Positions 35,144 to 37,485 of a stretch of DNA of 37,485 nt are shown one piece after another. The position numbers and the translations under genes were made by a program. The first letter of the stretch is position 1; each line of letters begins with the position of its first letter. The DNA is taken from IMG/VR virus record IMGVR_UViG_3300021560_000039, positions 1 to 37,485 of that record; one strand, 5' to 3'. Source of the DNA: a virus. Lineage: Duplodnaviria > Caudoviricetes. Below the pieces are notes generated by a model. The model did not search any database, had not been told where the DNA came from, and saw only the letters and a program-made list of their open reading frames with translations.

Positions 35144-35343
35144 CGGCGCTTTCCGCCCGCGGGCGGCCCCGCACCCCGGCCGGGATGGCGCGGGGCCGCG
35201 GGGCGGGCCGATCCGCTGGCTGCCCCGGATCCGGATCCGGCCCCGGCCACCCGGTCCCCCCGTCCCCGCGGCCCCGCATCATCCGGCCGCCCCGGGCCGG
35301 GGCGCCATCGGGGGATCGGCCGAGGCGGCGAGGAGGAGCGACA

Positions 35344-35601
35344 ATGCGGAGCTTCGTGAAGCACCACCTCGAACATGACGACACGATCGTGGCCCGGCTG
35401 GAGGGGCCGGGCATCGAGGCCCGCCCGGCCGCGGCGATCCTGCTGGGCGGGGTCGTGATCTACGCCACCCCGGGCCAATGCGCCGCCCTGCGCGACGCGC
35501 TGGACCGGATGCTCTCGGGCGACGCGCCGGGAGGGCCGCCGGTGGGGTGGGAGGAGGGATACGGGATGCCCGCCGCGCGCGAGGGGCCCGCCCGGCATTA
35601 G
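35344..35601 (+). CDS. Hypothetical protein
   Basis: GAGGAG RBS. Confidence 0.7.
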   Translation: MRSFVKHHLEHDDTIVARLEGPGIEARPAAAILLGGVVIYATPGQCAALRDALDRMLSGDAPGGPPVGWEEGYGMPAAREGPARH

Positions 35602-35610
35602 GAGGCGTCC

Positions 35611-36090
35611 ATGGCCGCCCATTCGCGCGATCGCGGGATCGCCACTCGCATCCGTCGGGCGCTGCGGCACGACCCCGATCGGCATAACGCGGCGATCGCC
35701 GCGTCGCTCGGGACGACCAACGCCTACGTGCGCAAGGTCCGGCGCGGGCTCGAGTCGAAGGGGCGGATCGACCGGGTGCCGTTCCTCGTCATGCCCTCGG
35801 GCAAGGTCGTCTGCCGGGTGGCGCCGGGGCCGGCGCACCGCTACCTGAGGCGACAGCTGACGAATCTCCGCTGGCTGACCAAATGCGACGGGCGCCCCGA
35901 GTGGCGGGACGCGCCGCCGGCGCTGCGGCGGGAATTCTGGTCGCTGGCCGAGGCGTGGCTGGAGCGGATGGGCCGCTCGATCGACCCGGCCAGCGGGGAG
36001 CTGCTCCATGGGGGCCTACCGCGGGGGCCGCGACCCCGGCCGGGCCGGGCTGGTCCGGGTGCTCAACGCGATCGCCCGCGCCCGGGATGA
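35611..36090 (+). CDS. HTH DNA-binding protein
   Basis: PDRHNAAIAASLGTTNAYVRKVRRGL; AGGAGG RBS. Confidence 0.7.
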   Translation: MAAHSRDRGIATRIRRALRHDPDRHNAAIAASLGTTNAYVRKVRRGLESKGRIDRVPFLVMPSGKVVCRVAPGPAHRYLRRQLTNLRWLTKCDGRPEWRDAPPALRREFWSLAEAWLERMGRSIDPASGELLHGGLPRGPRPRPGRAGPGAQRDRPRPG

Positions 36091-36211
36091 GGCGACGACC
36101 GACCCGGCCGCCGCCCGGCCCGCGCTCGTCGAGGCCCTCCGCGCCGCCGGCCTGCGCGACGACGAGGCGGCGCGGACGGCGGACCTGATACTGGCGGACC
36201 TAAAAGGATGA
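36008..36211 (+). CDS. Hypothetical protein
   Basis: Short helical ORF ending just before the RecT-like gene. Confidence 0.45.
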   Translation: MGAYRGGRDPGRAGLVRVLNAIARARDEATTDPAAARPALVEALRAAGLRDDEAARTADLILADLKG

Positions 36212-36217
36212 AATCCC

Positions 36218-37375
36218 ATGGATGCCGTACACGACCGGATCGCGGGGTTGCCGGCCGTCGCGACGCCCGCCCCGCTCCATCAATTCACCGTCGCCGAGGT
36301 CGAGCAGATGGCCCGGCACGCCGCCGCTTCCCGGATGTACGGGATGGACGCGGCGCAGGCGTTCACGCTGATGATGCTGTGCTATTCCGACGGGATCGAC
36401 CCGATCCAGGCGGTGCGGCGCTATCACGTGATCCAGGGCCGGCCCGCCATGCGCGCCGACGCCATGCTCGCCGAGTTCCAGCGCCTGGGCGGATCGGTCG
36501 AATGGGTCCGGACCGACGACGAGGGATGCGAGGCGATCTTCAGCCACCCCCGCCACGCCCGCAAGGGCCAGCGGGTGGCGTTCACGCTGGACGACGCGCG
36601 GCGCGCCGAGCTCGCCGCCAAGGACAACTGGCGGCACTACCCCAGGCAGATGTGCCGCGCCCGGGCGATCTCGGAGGGCATCCGGTTGGTGATGCCCGGG
36701 ATCGTGGTCGGCATCTATACGCCGGAGGAATTGACGGATTCGGCCCGGACGCCCTCGTCCTCGCCGGATGACGAGGTGACCGGGAGACGAGGTGACCGGG
36801 TGACGAATCCGCCGGCCCCGGTCACCGCGTCACCCCCTCACCCCGTCACCGGGTCATCCGCCGAGCCGGCATCCGACCTGCCGCCGGCCCCGGTCACCGC
36901 GTCACCCCCTCACCCCGTCACCCGGTCATCCGCCGAGCCGGCCCCGGTCACCGCGTCACCCCCTCACCCCGTCACCGGGTCATCCGCCGAGCCGGCATCC
37001 GACCTGCGGGAGTTCGTCCGGGCGCGGCTCCGGCGGGCCGACGACGAGCTGCGCGAGGCCCTCCTGGTGGCCGGGCGATTCGACCCCCAGGCCCCCCCGA
37101 CGATCGGCAACGAATATCGGCTGATCAACGGCCTGATCACGCGATGGGCGGCCCTGGGCCTGATCGACGAGCGGGACATCACGACCGACGGCAAGCGGGA
37201 CCGCCGCCGGGCCGGCGCCGAGGTCCAGCGGCTGCACCGCGACGACCCGGACGGCGTCGAGCTCGACGTCGTCGAGGACGTCGCCCGCCGGCTGCGCGCG
37301 GCCCTGGCGGCGCACGGGCTCGGCCCCGACGCCGACGAGTCGCAGGCCACTTCGGATGACGCGGTGACCGGGTGA
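36218..37375 (+). CDS. RecT-like single-strand annealing protein with an in-frame repeat insertion
   Basis: HVIQGRP, NW..YPRQM.RARAIS..R...P....GIYTPEE. Confidence 0.8.
   Translation: MDAVHDRIAGLPAVATPAPLHQFTVAEVEQMARHAAASRMYGMDAAQAFTLMMLCYSDGIDPIQAVRRYHVIQGRPAMRADAMLAEFQRLGGSVEWVRTDDEGCEAIFSHPRHARKGQRVAFTLDDARRAELAAKDNWRHYPRQMCRARAISEGIRLVMPGIVVGIYTPEELTDSARTPSSSPDDEVTGRRGDRVTNPPAPVTASPPHPVTGSSAEPASDLPPAPVTASPPHPVTRSSAEPAPVTASPPHPVTGSSAEPASDLREFVRARLRRADDELREALLVAGRFDPQAPPTIGNEYRLINGLITRWAALGLIDERDITTDGKRDRRRAGAEVQRLHRDDPDGVELDVVEDVARRLRAALAAHGLGPDADESQATSDDAVTG
36765..36998. repeat. GGTGAC-family repeat cluster inside the RecT-like CDS (3x PAPVTASPPHPVT.SSAEPA)
   Basis: Reverse-complement relatives of the terminal repeat unit. 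Confidence 0.9.
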
Positions 37376-37485
37376 GGGGGTGACTTCGGATGACGCGGTG
37401 ACCGGGTGACCGGGTGAGGGGGTGACTTCGGATGACGCGGTGACCGGGTGACCGGGTGAGGGGGTGACTTCGGATGACGCGGTGA
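37349..37485. repeat. Terminal copy of the 42-bp tandem repeat
   Basis: 37372-37485 is identical to 1-114. Confidence 0.92.

Overview
This looks like a complete, or nearly complete, circular temperate siphovirus-like genome of about 37.4 kb with very high GC. The last 114 bp repeat the first 114 bp. A Planctomycetota host is inferred from the PEP-CTERM-like gene, CsrA, Cys-rich tail proteins and the 7/8-mer intergenic repeats. Modules in order: a non-autonomous IS200/IS605-type element, ParB-like/HNH/replication genes, CsrA, a large serine integrase with a likely attP inside its own 3' end, small RHH regulators with sigma70 promoters, an N6-adenine methyltransferase, terminase-portal-scaffold-capsid, a GH28-like beta-helix protein, an accessory island, tail genes and a RecT-like annealase. 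The most striking feature is a cas-less 8-repeat CRISPR array (type I-G/I-U-like repeat) inside the structural region. One spacer is a diverged copy (26/34 nt, TTC PAM) of the phage's own adjacent gene, and another resembles its own regulatory region. This suggests the phage borrows host Cascade to attack related phages while escaping self-targeting. All product calls come from motif recognition and synteny; no database searches were run.
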